Assembly (NCBI GenBank): GCA_038205245.1
Contig: JBBRCD010000005.1
Span: 7,659 to 71,658, forward strand
DNA length: 64,000 bases
Source of the DNA: Burkholderiales bacterium
GTDB taxonomy: Bacteria; Pseudomonadota; Gammaproteobacteria; Burkholderiales; CAIKXV01
Reading direction: 5' to 3'
Made by a program: the position numbers and the translations under genes. Below are positions 27,420 to 35,782 of the stretch, piece by piece. The first letter of the stretch is position 1, and the number at the start of each line of letters is the position of its first letter. Below the pieces are notes generated by a model, which did no database searches, had not been told where the DNA came from, and worked only from the letters and a program-made list of their open reading frames with translations.

Positions 27420-27496
27420 CAGTCCGAGTTGATGTGGCGCTCCGCGGCGATGGAGCGCTCCGCGGCGATGTCGCGTTCCGTTGATGCAGCGAACCG
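27407..27496. repeat. degenerate 18-nt tandem repeat, 4-5 units
   Basis: CGAGTTGATGTAGCAGTC / CGAGTTGATGTGGCGCTC / CGCGGCGATGGAGCGCTC / CGCGGCGATGTCGCGTTC plus a partial unit. The first unit contains the TAG stop of the upstream gene. Confidence 0.8.
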
Positions 27497-27505
27497 CTGC
27501 CAGGG

Positions 27506-28192
27506 TCAGCCGCCGAGCACCTTCACCAGCCAGTCCCGGATATCCGCGATCTCCTGCGGATGCACCGAGTGCGGCATCCGGTACTCCTGCCACTGCACCG
27601 GGTAGCCGAGCGCCTGCAGGCGTTCGACCGAGGTCTGCGCCATCTCGATCGGGATCACCGGATCGACGCTGCCATGGGCGAAGAACACCGGGATGCTGCG
27701 GTTCGCTTCGGCGGCCTCGGCCGGCAGCGATTCGGACAACGGCAGGTAGGTCGACAGGGCCATGATGCCGGCCAGCTGCTGTGCATGGCGCAGGCCGGTG
27801 GCGAGCGCGATCGCGCCCCCCTGCGAGAAGCCGGCGAGCACGATCCGGTGGGCAGGGACGCCGCGCGCCACTTCGCGCGCGATCAGTGCCTCGATCGCGG
27901 CGACCGAGGCGCGCACACCAGCCTCGTCCGGCCGGCGCGAGCGGCCCTCCAGATCGCCGAAGGCGACGTCGTACCAGGCGCGCATCACATGGCCGTTGTT
28001 GATGGTCACCGGCTGCAGCGGGGCGTTCGGGAACACGAAGCGCAGGGCGAGCGACCGCGGCAGACCCAGTTCCAGCACGATCGGCTCGAAGTCATGGCCA
28101 TCGGCGCCAAGACCGTGCATCCAGATTACCGAGGCGGTGACGGCAGCGGCTGGCGTGCCCGTCTGTACTTCGATCGTCTCCAGCAGGCTCAT
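27506..28192 (-). CDS. carboxylesterase/phospholipase-family alpha/beta hydrolase
   Basis: 228 aa from MSLLETIEV (an alternative GTG at 28213 overlaps the mog stop). WMHGLGADGHDF and nucleophile elbow GFSQGG. Confidence 0.8.
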   Translation of the reverse strand: MSLLETIEVQTGTPAAAVTASVIWMHGLGADGHDFEPIVLELGLPRSLALRFVFPNAPLQPVTINNGHVMRAWYDVAFGDLEGRSRRPDEAGVRASVAAIEALIAREVARGVPAHRIVLAGFSQGGAIALATGLRHAQQLAGIMALSTYLPLSESLPAEAAEANRSIPVFFAHGSVDPVIPIEMAQTSVERLQALGYPVQWQEYRMPHSVHPQEIADIRDWLVKVLGG

Positions 28193-28209
28193 GTGGGCAT
28201 CTCGCGTGG

Positions 28210-28899
28210 TCACTTCTTCTTCGGACGGAAGGCCTTGACCACCGTCTCGTGGGTTTCGACATAGGGCCCGCCGATCAGATCGATGCAGTAGGGCACGGCG
28301 GCGAAGATGCCTGGCACGATCGGCGTGCCATCGGCATCCTTCAGGCCTTCGAGCGTCTCGCGGATCGACTTGGGTTGGCCGGGCAGGTTGATGATCAGGG
28401 CTTTGCCGCGAATCACTGCCACCTGGCGCGACAGGATCGCGGTGGGCACGAAGCGCAGGCTGATCTGCCGCATCTGCTCACCGAAGCCGGGCATCTCCTT
28501 GTCGCCGACAGCGAGCGTGGCCTCGGGTGTGACATCGCGCAGCGCCGGGCCGGTGCCGCCGGTGGTCAGCACCAGATCGCAGTGCTCGCAGTCGACCAGT
28601 TCGATCAGCGCCGCCTCGATCAACGGGCGCTCGTCCGGGATCAAGCGGGTGACCGTGGTCCAGGGCGACGCCAGTGCGCGGCCGAACCACTCGTCGAGCG
28701 CCGGGATGCCCAGATCTTCGTAGACGCCGCGCGAGGCGCGGTCGCTGATCGAGACCAGCCCTATGGTAAGCGTTGCACCGAGAGACGCGGGGCTGGCGGC
28801 CGGGATGGACGTCGGGTCGGACGTCGGGTCGGACGTCCGGTCAGACGTCCGGTCGGACACCGGCGCGGCGGCAGGGGAATCTGAAGTGGGCTCGGACAT
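28210..28899 (-). CDS. mog: molybdopterin adenylyltransferase Mog with N-terminal repeat extension
   Basis: 229 aa. The core IGLVSISDRASRGVYEDLGIPAL...LVLTTGGTGPALRDVTPEA is typical Mog. The only canonical start lies upstream of the repeat-encoded SDRTSDRTSDPTSDPT. Confidence 0.85.
   Translation of the reverse strand: MSEPTSDSPAAAPVSDRTSDRTSDPTSDPTSIPAASPASLGATLTIGLVSISDRASRGVYEDLGIPALDEWFGRALASPWTTVTRLIPDERPLIEAALIELVDCEHCDLVLTTGGTGPALRDVTPEATLAVGDKEMPGFGEQMRQISLRFVPTAILSRQVAVIRGKALIINLPGQPKSIRETLEGLKDADGTPIVPGIFAAVPYCIDLIGGPYVETHETVVKAFRPKKK
28807..28854. repeat. 12-nt in-frame tandem repeat x4 (GGACGTCGGGTC-type)
   Basis: Read directly. Encodes (SDRT)2(SDPT)2 on the minus strand within the mog 5-prime end. 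Confidence 0.9.
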
Positions 28900-28982
28900 G
28901 GCGGCAGGCAGGGAGCAAACAAATGCGGGGATCTGAACTGACCCGGGTAGCGATGCTAATCGAGACCGCCGCTGCCTGCCCG

Positions 28983-29996
28983 CTATTCGACCTTGATACC
29001 GGCCGCCTGGCCAACCTTGGTCCAGCGGGCCAGCTCGGATCGCAGGTACTCACCGAACGCCTGCGGCGTGCTGGCCACCGGCTCGGCCCCCTCGTTGGTC
29101 AATCGCTCGACCACCTCGGGCAGACGCAGGATGCGGGCGATCTCACGCTGCAGCCGGGCGATCACCTCGGGGGCGGTGCCCGCCGGGGCCAGAATGCCCT
29201 GCCAGGCGCTGATCGCGTAGCCATCCAGTCCGCTCTCGGCGATGGTCGGAAGTTCCGGCGCGAACCCGGTTCGCTTCCCGGTGGTGACCGCGATCGCGCG
29301 CAGTCGTCCCGCCTTGACCGGCGCCAGGAACTGATGGGCGATGCCGAAGGTCATCGACACCTGTCCGCCGAGCAGATCGACCAGGGTCGGCGCGTTCCCC
29401 TTGTAGGGCACATGGATCATCTCGGTCCGGGTCATCCAGGTGAACATCGCTGCAGCCATGTGCGGCGAGGTGCCATGGCCCGAGGTGGCGTAGGTCAGTT
29501 CACCCGGCCGCGCGCGGGCGAGGGCGATCAGGTCCTTCACCGATTCGACTGGCAGCGAAGGGTGCACCACCAGCATCAACGGCAGCGACACCAGCTGGGT
29601 CACCGGGGCGAAGCTGCGGATCGGATCGAACGGCAGATCCTTGCGCATGCCGGCGCCGATCGGGAACGCGATGGTCATCATCAGCAGCGTGTAGCCGTCC
29701 GGCGGCGACTTCGCCACCAGCTCGGCACCGATCATGCCGCCCGCCCCCGGACGGTTGTCGGCGATCACCGGCTGGCCGAGCGGTTCAGCCAGCCGTTGAG
29801 TGACCAGTCGCCCGATGTTGTCGGTGGTCCCGCCCGGGGCAAACGGAATGATCAGGCGCACCGGTCGGGACGGCCAGGGTTGCGCGAACAGCTGCGCGCT
29901 TGCCAGCAGCAGGAGCAGACATGAGGCTGGCAAGACCGAGCGCAGCCGGTGAGCTGCGGGTATCGAGGTTGCCGACCTCGCCGTGCGACAGTGCAT
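28983..29996 (-). CDS. Bug/TctC-family periplasmic solute-binding protein
   Basis: 337 aa. Motifs AQPWPSRPVRLIIPFAPGGTTD and HVPYKGNAPT. Confidence 0.9.
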   Translation of the reverse strand: MHCRTARSATSIPAAHRLRSVLPASCLLLLLASAQLFAQPWPSRPVRLIIPFAPGGTTDNIGRLVTQRLAEPLGQPVIADNRPGAGGMIGAELVAKSPPDGYTLLMMTIAFPIGAGMRKDLPFDPIRSFAPVTQLVSLPLMLVVHPSLPVESVKDLIALARARPGELTYATSGHGTSPHMAAAMFTWMTRTEMIHVPYKGNAPTLVDLLGGQVSMTFGIAHQFLAPVKAGRLRAIAVTTGKRTGFAPELPTIAESGLDGYAISAWQGILAPAGTAPEVIARLQREIARILRLPEVVERLTNEGAEPVASTPQAFGEYLRSELARWTKVGQAAGIKVE

Positions 29997-30128
29997 GAGT
30001 GTTCTCCTCCTGTGCTCCCTGGCTCGTCGTTGTGGCCAGGGTGAAGCAGAAGTTACGCAGCCGGCGGCTGCCAGTCAATGCGGCGCTGACACGCGACGAT
30101 GACACGCGACGCTGACACACCGCGCTGG

Positions 30129-30671
30129 CTACGTCTGACCATCACTCAGCGGGACTTCGCCATCGATCAGGCGCAGTACGCGAAACAGCTCCCGGTAGCT
30201 TTTCGGCGGCTTGTTCTGCGCCGCCTCGCGCTTTGCGTTGCGCACCAGGGAACGCAGTTGCTGGGTATCACAGCCCGGATGCTGCGCGGCGAACTCGGTC
30301 AGCCCGGTTTCGCTGTCCAACAGGCGGGTGCGCCAGCGCTCGAGCGCATGCTGGCGCGCGACCTCGGCGGCCGAGGTGCCGTCCCAGATCGACAACTGGG
30401 CCTGGATCGGCGCCGGATCGATCTCGCGCATCAGCTTGCCGATGTACTGCATCTGGCGCCGTCTTGCCTCATGCCGGGTGATCGATTGTGCATCCAGGAC
30501 CGCGTCCAAAAGCGGTTCCGGCAGCTCGATCACCTTGAGCTTGTCGCGCGGCAGGTCGACCAGCCGCGCGCCAAGCGCCTGCAGGTCATGGGCGGCCTGC
30601 TTGAGCCGGGTCTTGCTGAGGGCCACCTGAGCGGGGTCGGCTGCGGTCGTCTGGTCGATCGGGTCGGTCAT
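30129..30671 (-). CDS. yjgA: ribosome-associated protein YjgA (DUF615)
   Basis: 180 aa. The KTRLKQAAHDLQALG...EARRRQMQYIGKLMR pattern is typical of YjgA. Divergent from pmbA, as in E. coli. Confidence 0.85.
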   Translation of the reverse strand: MTDPIDQTTAADPAQVALSKTRLKQAAHDLQALGARLVDLPRDKLKVIELPEPLLDAVLDAQSITRHEARRRQMQYIGKLMREIDPAPIQAQLSIWDGTSAAEVARQHALERWRTRLLDSETGLTEFAAQHPGCDTQQLRSLVRNAKREAAQNKPPKSYRELFRVLRLIDGEVPLSDGQT

Positions 30672-30679
30672 TGGCAGGG

Positions 30680-30745
30680 GCGGGAGACTCGGCAGAGACT
30701 GGGCAGAGACGGGGCAGAAACGGCGCAGAGACGTGGCAGCTACGC
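30680..30745. repeat. 11-nt tandem repeat, about 6 units (GGCAGAGACNG)
   Basis: The GCAGAGAC core recurs at 30692, 30703, 30714, 30725 and 30736 (exact 11-nt phase). Starts 9 nt from the yjgA start codon. Confidence 0.85.
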
Positions 30746-30834
30746 AGGAATACGGCGGACACCGACAGGGGTGGGGCAGGAGGGGACACCCGCGCTGTTA
30801 TCATAAGTCCTGTCTCGACTGTGAGTACGATCCG

Positions 30835-32175
30835 ATGAGCACTGCCCGATTCAGCCTGTCCGAAGACACCTTGAAGCAGATCGCTGCCGATGCTCTGGCG
30901 CATGCGAAATCGCTTGGCGCAACCGCGGCCGATGCCGAGGTGAATGACGGCTTCGGCCAGAGTGTGACGGTGCGTTCGCGCGAAGTCGAAACCATCGAGT
31001 ACACCCGCGACAAGTCGCTCGGGGTATCGATCTATCTTGGCCAGCAGCGCGGCCACGCCAGCACCTCGGACTTCACCCGAAAGGCGATCCTTGACACGGT
31101 CGAGGCGGCGTTGTCGATTGCCCGCTTCACTGCCGCTGACGATTGCGCCGGGCTGCCCGATCCCTCCCGGCACCCGGTGTCGTTGCCTGCGCTGGACCTG
31201 CATCACCCGTGGGACGTGACCGTCGATGATGCGATCGAACTCGCCAGACGCTGCGAGGCGGCGGCGCTCGATGTGGATGCGCGCATCACCAACTCCGAGG
31301 GTGCCAACCTGTATACCCAGCAGTGGCACTTCGCACTGGCCAACTCGAACGGATTCGTCGGAAGCTATCCGACCTCGCGTTACAGCCTGTCCTGCTCGGT
31401 GATCGGCGGGCAGGGCGATGACATGCAGCGCGACGACTGGTATTCCGCTGCCCGCAGGCAGGATGAGCTGGATGCTCCCGAGTCTGTCGGCCGGCGCGCT
31501 GCCGAGCGCACCCTTCAGCGGCTGGACGCGCGCAAGCTCGATACGCTGCAGGCACCGGTACTGTTTGACGCCACGCTTGCCGGCAGCCTGATCTCGCATT
31601 TCATCGGCGCGGTGTCCGGCGGCGCGCTGTACCGCAAGTCGAGCTACCTGCTCGACAGTCTGGGCGAGCAGGTGTTCGCCTCCGGTATCCACCTGACCGA
31701 AGACCCGCACCTGCTGCGCGGGCTGGGCAGTTCCCCGTTCGATGCCGAGGGGGTGGCTACCAGCGCGCGCGAGGTGGTGCGCGATGGCGTGGTGCAGGGC
31801 TACTTCCTGGGCAGCTATTCGGCTCGCAAGCTCGGCATGCAGAGCACTGGCAACGCCGGGGGCAGCCACCACCTGGCATTGGCCAGCGGCACACTCGACT
31901 TCGCGGGTCTGCTGAAGAAGATGGGACGCGGACTGGTGGTGACCGAACTGCTCGGCCACGGCATCAACTCGGTGACCGGCGACTATTCACGCGGCGCAGC
32001 CGGCTTCTGGGTCGAAGATGGCGTGATCGCCTATCCGGTGCACGAGATCACCATCGCCGGCAACCTGAAGGCGATGTTCCGCGGCATCGTCGAGGTGGGC
32101 GCCGATGTGCTCGACCGCGGGTCCAGGAGCACGGGCTCGATCCTGATCGACAACATGACCATTGCCGGAAACTGA
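30835..32175 (+). CDS. pmbA: metalloprotease PmbA (TldE)
   Basis: 446 aa from MSTARFSLSEDTLKQI. Typical PmbA blocks and the C-terminal GSILIDNMTIAG. Confidence 0.9.
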   Translation: MSTARFSLSEDTLKQIAADALAHAKSLGATAADAEVNDGFGQSVTVRSREVETIEYTRDKSLGVSIYLGQQRGHASTSDFTRKAILDTVEAALSIARFTAADDCAGLPDPSRHPVSLPALDLHHPWDVTVDDAIELARRCEAAALDVDARITNSEGANLYTQQWHFALANSNGFVGSYPTSRYSLSCSVIGGQGDDMQRDDWYSAARRQDELDAPESVGRRAAERTLQRLDARKLDTLQAPVLFDATLAGSLISHFIGAVSGGALYRKSSYLLDSLGEQVFASGIHLTEDPHLLRGLGSSPFDAEGVATSAREVVRDGVVQGYFLGSYSARKLGMQSTGNAGGSHHLALASGTLDFAGLLKKMGRGLVVTELLGHGINSVTGDYSRGAAGFWVEDGVIAYPVHEITIAGNLKAMFRGIVEVGADVLDRGSRSTGSILIDNMTIAGN

Positions 32176-32242
32176 TCTGACCCCGGGCAACCTCGTGGTG
32201 TGTGAGCCAGCCCGTGGCTGTTAGACCACTGAAGCCTGCACG

Positions 32243-33208
32243 ATGATCATCCCGGGCACGCTCTGGATCGCCTGCACTATCGTCGCCGCTGGCGGTCAGA
32301 CCCTGCGCAATGCGTTGCAGCGCAGTCTGGTCGATACCGTAGGCACGGTCGGCGCGACCCATGTGCGCTTTCTGTACGGCCTGCCGTTCGCCTGCCTGTT
32401 TCTCGCGGGCATGGTCGCGGTCGGTGCTGTCGCCAGCCCGCGCCTCACCCTGGTGTTCTGGGGCTGGCTCATGCTGGGGGCGCTGACCCAGATCGTGGCT
32501 ACCGCGTGGCTGCTGTTGCTGATGCAGCAGCGCTCGTTCGTGGTCAGCACGGCCTACACCAAGACCGAGCCGGTGCAGATTGCGCTGTTCGGGTTCGTGT
32601 TCCTCGGCGACCGGTTGAGCTCGCTGGCGGTGCTGGGCGTTCTGGTGGCGACCGCCGGCGTCGTGTTGCTGTCCTGGAAGCCGGTCCGGCCGGACGCGCA
32701 CCCCGGGCCGGAGGTCAGTTCGCGGGCAGGGTTGTCGGCGGCGCTGCTGCGCCGTGGCTCGACGCTGCGCGCCGCGCTGCTGGGGATTGCCACCGGCAGC
32801 ATGTTCGCGGTGTCGGTGGTCGGCTACCGGGGCTCGATTCTTGCCCTGGGCGATGATCCGTTCTACGGTCGGGCCACCCTGGCGCTGACCCTGGCCCTGG
32901 CCTTGCAAACGCTGGTGCTGTCGGCCTGGCTGCGCTGGCGCGAGCCCGGGCGGCTGACCGCGCTGGTGCGCGCCTGGCGGCCGTCGCTGGCCGCCGGCTT
33001 TCTCGGCGCGTTCGCGTCCCAGTTCTGGTTCCTCGCGTTTTCGTTGCAGACCGCGGCGGCAGTGCGTACCGTCGGCCTGATCGAAGTCGTGTTTGCGGCG
33101 CTGCTGTCACGCCGGTTGTTCGCCCAGCGCAGCAGCTGGCGCGAATGGGCAGGCATAGGCGTCACCCTGCTCGGGGTCGTGCTGGTGCTCGCGGCGAGCC
33201 TGTCATGA
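32243..33208 (+). CDS. DMT-superfamily (EamA-like) transporter
   Basis: 321 aa, about 10 TM segments in two EamA-like halves. Confidence 0.75.
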   Translation: MIIPGTLWIACTIVAAGGQTLRNALQRSLVDTVGTVGATHVRFLYGLPFACLFLAGMVAVGAVASPRLTLVFWGWLMLGALTQIVATAWLLLLMQQRSFVVSTAYTKTEPVQIALFGFVFLGDRLSSLAVLGVLVATAGVVLLSWKPVRPDAHPGPEVSSRAGLSAALLRRGSTLRAALLGIATGSMFAVSVVGYRGSILALGDDPFYGRATLALTLALALQTLVLSAWLRWREPGRLTALVRAWRPSLAAGFLGAFASQFWFLAFSLQTAAAVRTVGLIEVVFAALLSRRLFAQRSSWREWAGIGVTLLGVVLVLAASLS

Positions 33209-34314
33209 TCGGCCCGGTCGATGCTGCCGCGCTTGCCGAGGTCGCGCTCGCCAGCATCGCGCGCGAATGGCCCTACCGCCCCGATCTGTGGCTCGAATCG
33301 CCAGACTGTCTGCTGCTGCCCCGGGTGCAGCATCCGCTGTTTCACACCAGCTACGACTGGCACTCATGTGTGCACATGCACTGGAGCCTGCTGCGCCTGC
33401 TGCGGTTGCATCGAGATCGCCTGGGTGCCGGACAGGCAGAACGCATCGAGGCGCGCTTCGACCTCGGCTTCACCCCGGACGCCGCGGCTGGCGAATGCGC
33501 TCTGTTCGACCGCCCCGGCTACCGCGCCTTCGAGCGACCCTATGGCTGGGGCTGGCTGCTGCAGTTGCAGGCAGAACTGGAACGGCTGGTCGCATCCCGG
33601 TCTGGCCTGTCGGGTGCAGATCGCGGTACGGATCACGGTGCCGATCGCGCGGCGGATCGCGCGGCGGATCGCGCGACCGAGCGCGCTACTCATCGATACG
33701 CCAGGTGGCGCGATACGCTGGCGCCGCTGTCCGGACGAATCGCGCTGGCGCTGCTCGATCATCTGCCCAGGCTCGACTATCCGGTGCGTGCCGCCACCCA
33801 TGGCAACAGCGCGTTCGCCTGTGTGCTTGCGCTCGACTACGCACATAGCTGTGCTCATCCGGCGCTGGCGTGCGGCATCGGGCAGGCGGCGCATCGCTGG
33901 TTCGGCCGCGACCGGCGCTATCCGGCCCACTACGAGCCAGGAGGCGAGGACTTTCTTTCGCCCGGTCTGGTCGAGGCGCTGCTGATGCAACGGGTGCTGG
34001 ACGACTGCGATTTCTTCGACTGGTGGCAGGCGTTCACGCCCGACCGGGACGCGCTTGCGGGCTGGCTTGTGCCGGTGCGCATCAGTGACGCCACAGATGC
34101 ACGCATCGTGCATCTGCACGGGCTCAATCTGTCGCGCGCCTGGTGCTGGCGTGCGCTCTGGCCCTCGTTGCCGCCAGCGCTGCAGCCACCGGTGACCCGG
34201 GCGATCGAGGCCCACTGGCAGGCATCGAGCGGTGCCGCAATCACCGGTGACTATGTCGCCACTCACTGGCTGGCGTCGTTCGCCCTGCTTGCTGCCGCCG
34301 AGGGCAGGCCGTGA
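33205..34314 (+). CDS. DUF2891 domain-containing protein
   Basis: 369 aa from MIGPVDAAAL (ATGA overlap with the upstream stop). The REWPYRP...HPLFHTSYDWHSCVHMHW block matches DUF2891 as I recall it. Confidence 0.7.
   Translation: MIGPVDAAALAEVALASIAREWPYRPDLWLESPDCLLLPRVQHPLFHTSYDWHSCVHMHWSLLRLLRLHRDRLGAGQAERIEARFDLGFTPDAAAGECALFDRPGYRAFERPYGWGWLLQLQAELERLVASRSGLSGADRGTDHGADRAADRAADRATERATHRYARWRDTLAPLSGRIALALLDHLPRLDYPVRAATHGNSAFACVLALDYAHSCAHPALACGIGQAAHRWFGRDRRYPAHYEPGGEDFLSPGLVEALLMQRVLDDCDFFDWWQAFTPDRDALAGWLVPVRISDATDARIVHLHGLNLSRAWCWRALWPSLPPALQPPVTRAIEAHWQASSGAAITGDYVATHWLASFALLAAAEGRP
33613..33684. repeat. 12-nt in-frame degenerate tandem repeat x6
   Basis: Encodes GADR GTDH GADR AADR AADR ATER inside the DUF2891 gene. 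Two central units are identical (GCGGCGGATCGC). Confidence 0.85.
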
Positions 34315-35477
34315 GCGGGCCGCGCCATGACGTGATCGTCGTTGGTGCGGGGCCGGCCGGTGCAGTCGCCGCCGAGGCGCTGGGCCGTGCCGGACGGCGC
34401 GTGCTGATCATCGAGCGCGAGCCTCTGCCGCGCGCCAAGACCTGCGGCGGTGGGGTCACCTACAAGGTCGCGCAGGCACTCGGTGTCGACCTCGCGCCAG
34501 TGGCCGAGCGGACCATTGCCACCGTCGAGTTGCAATGGCGGATGCAGCGTTCGACCACGATGCCGGTGCATGGGCCGCTGGTGTACATGATCCAGCGCAG
34601 CCGCTTCGATGCCTGGCTGACCCAGCGCGCGCTGGCCACCGGCCAGGTCGAGCTGAAGGACGGGCTGGCGGTGAAGTCGATCGACATCGATGCGCGTGGC
34701 GTGACCGTGCGTAGCGCGCATGACAGTTTTCAGGCCGACTATCTGATCGGTGCCGACGGCGCAGCCGGCCCGGTCGCCCGATCGCTCGGACTGATGCAGG
34801 TGCGTCACCTGCTGCCGGCCACCGAACAGGACATCGCGGTCGATGCGGCCACCATGGACCGCTGGCAGGACCGGATGGCGCTCGACATCGGCACGCTGCA
34901 CGGCTCCTATGGCTGGGTGTTCCCGAAGGCCGATCATCTGAATGTCGGTGTCGGCTGCTTCTCCACCCGCGCTCGTTCGGCCAAGCAGTTGAAGGACTAC
35001 GGCCGGCGCCATCTCGCCTGGCAACTGCCCGGCCCGCACCGGGTGCTGCGCACCGTGGGCTTCGTGCTGCCGCTGCGTCCGGTCGGGGCAGCGATCCAGC
35101 GCGGACGCGCGCTGCTCGCGGGCGATGCGGCCGGGCTGGTCGAGGCGTTCACCGGCGAGGGCATCCACTGGGCGGTGAGGAGCGGACAGATCGCCGCCCG
35201 GGCGATCGTCGATCACCAGATGAGTGGCGCTGCCGGTGAGCTCGGTTACGAGCGGGCGATCGATGCCGAACTGATGCCCACACTGATCGACGCGCGGCGC
35301 TGGGCGCATATCTACCTTTGGTGGCCGCGCGCCTGCTATGCACTGCCGACGCGCAGCCCGCGCTTCTGGAGCGCGGTGGCGAAGATCGTGCGCGGCGAGC
35401 GCGACTACACCGATGTGCGGCGCCGGCTGGGTGTCGCTGGCCGCGTGGCGGACTGGTTGCCGGTGGCGATGGAATAG
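34311..35477 (+). CDS. geranylgeranyl reductase-family FAD-dependent oxidoreductase
   Basis: 388 aa. N-terminal DVIVVGAGPAGAVAA...KTCGGGV and a GDAAG motif. 4-nt overlap with the DUF2891 gene. Confidence 0.8.
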   Translation: MSGPRHDVIVVGAGPAGAVAAEALGRAGRRVLIIEREPLPRAKTCGGGVTYKVAQALGVDLAPVAERTIATVELQWRMQRSTTMPVHGPLVYMIQRSRFDAWLTQRALATGQVELKDGLAVKSIDIDARGVTVRSAHDSFQADYLIGADGAAGPVARSLGLMQVRHLLPATEQDIAVDAATMDRWQDRMALDIGTLHGSYGWVFPKADHLNVGVGCFSTRARSAKQLKDYGRRHLAWQLPGPHRVLRTVGFVLPLRPVGAAIQRGRALLAGDAAGLVEAFTGEGIHWAVRSGQIAARAIVDHQMSGAAGELGYERAIDAELMPTLIDARRWAHIYLWWPRACYALPTRSPRFWSAVAKIVRGERDYTDVRRRLGVAGRVADWLPVAME

Positions 35478-35606
35478 GCAGTCGATACTTGGAGCGATGC
35501 GTCGATGGCAGGACCGCTGCAGGCACTGACCAGACAATGATCTGAATGAATCCGGCGCCGAAGGAAATCTTCTCATTCAGAACCGAGTGTTGCTGGCAAG
35601 GCAGAC

Positions 35607-35654
35607 CCCGGGACACGTTGATCGAACAGATGCAGTCGATCGAAGTGTCCCGGG
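35607..35654. other. long inverted repeat (10-bp perfect outer arms CCCGGGACAC/GTGTCCCGGG plus inner GATCGA/TCGATC)
   Basis: Read directly. Lies between the flavoprotein gene and the imuA promoter. A second 8-bp-stem hairpin is at 35542-35580. Confidence 0.7.
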
Positions 35655-35745
35655 TGGCCGGTTCTGGCGCGTGGTGTGAAAACCTGTCCTGAAGCGTGAA
35701 ACCAGGGCCCTTTGTTCGCAGCGCCATGGGCCTGATCGAAAAGAG

Positions 35746-35782
35746 TTGCACGGCAGATGAATACCGTATAAATATACGGCAT
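35746..35782 (+). promoter_or_regulatory. putative imuA promoter (TTGCAC -35, TAAATA/TATAAA -10) overlapped by palindrome ATACCGTA-TAAATA-TACGGCAT
   Basis: Palindrome at 35761-35782. Its last two bases are the A and T of the imuA ATG. A near-identical copy lies at lexA. Confidence 0.6.
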
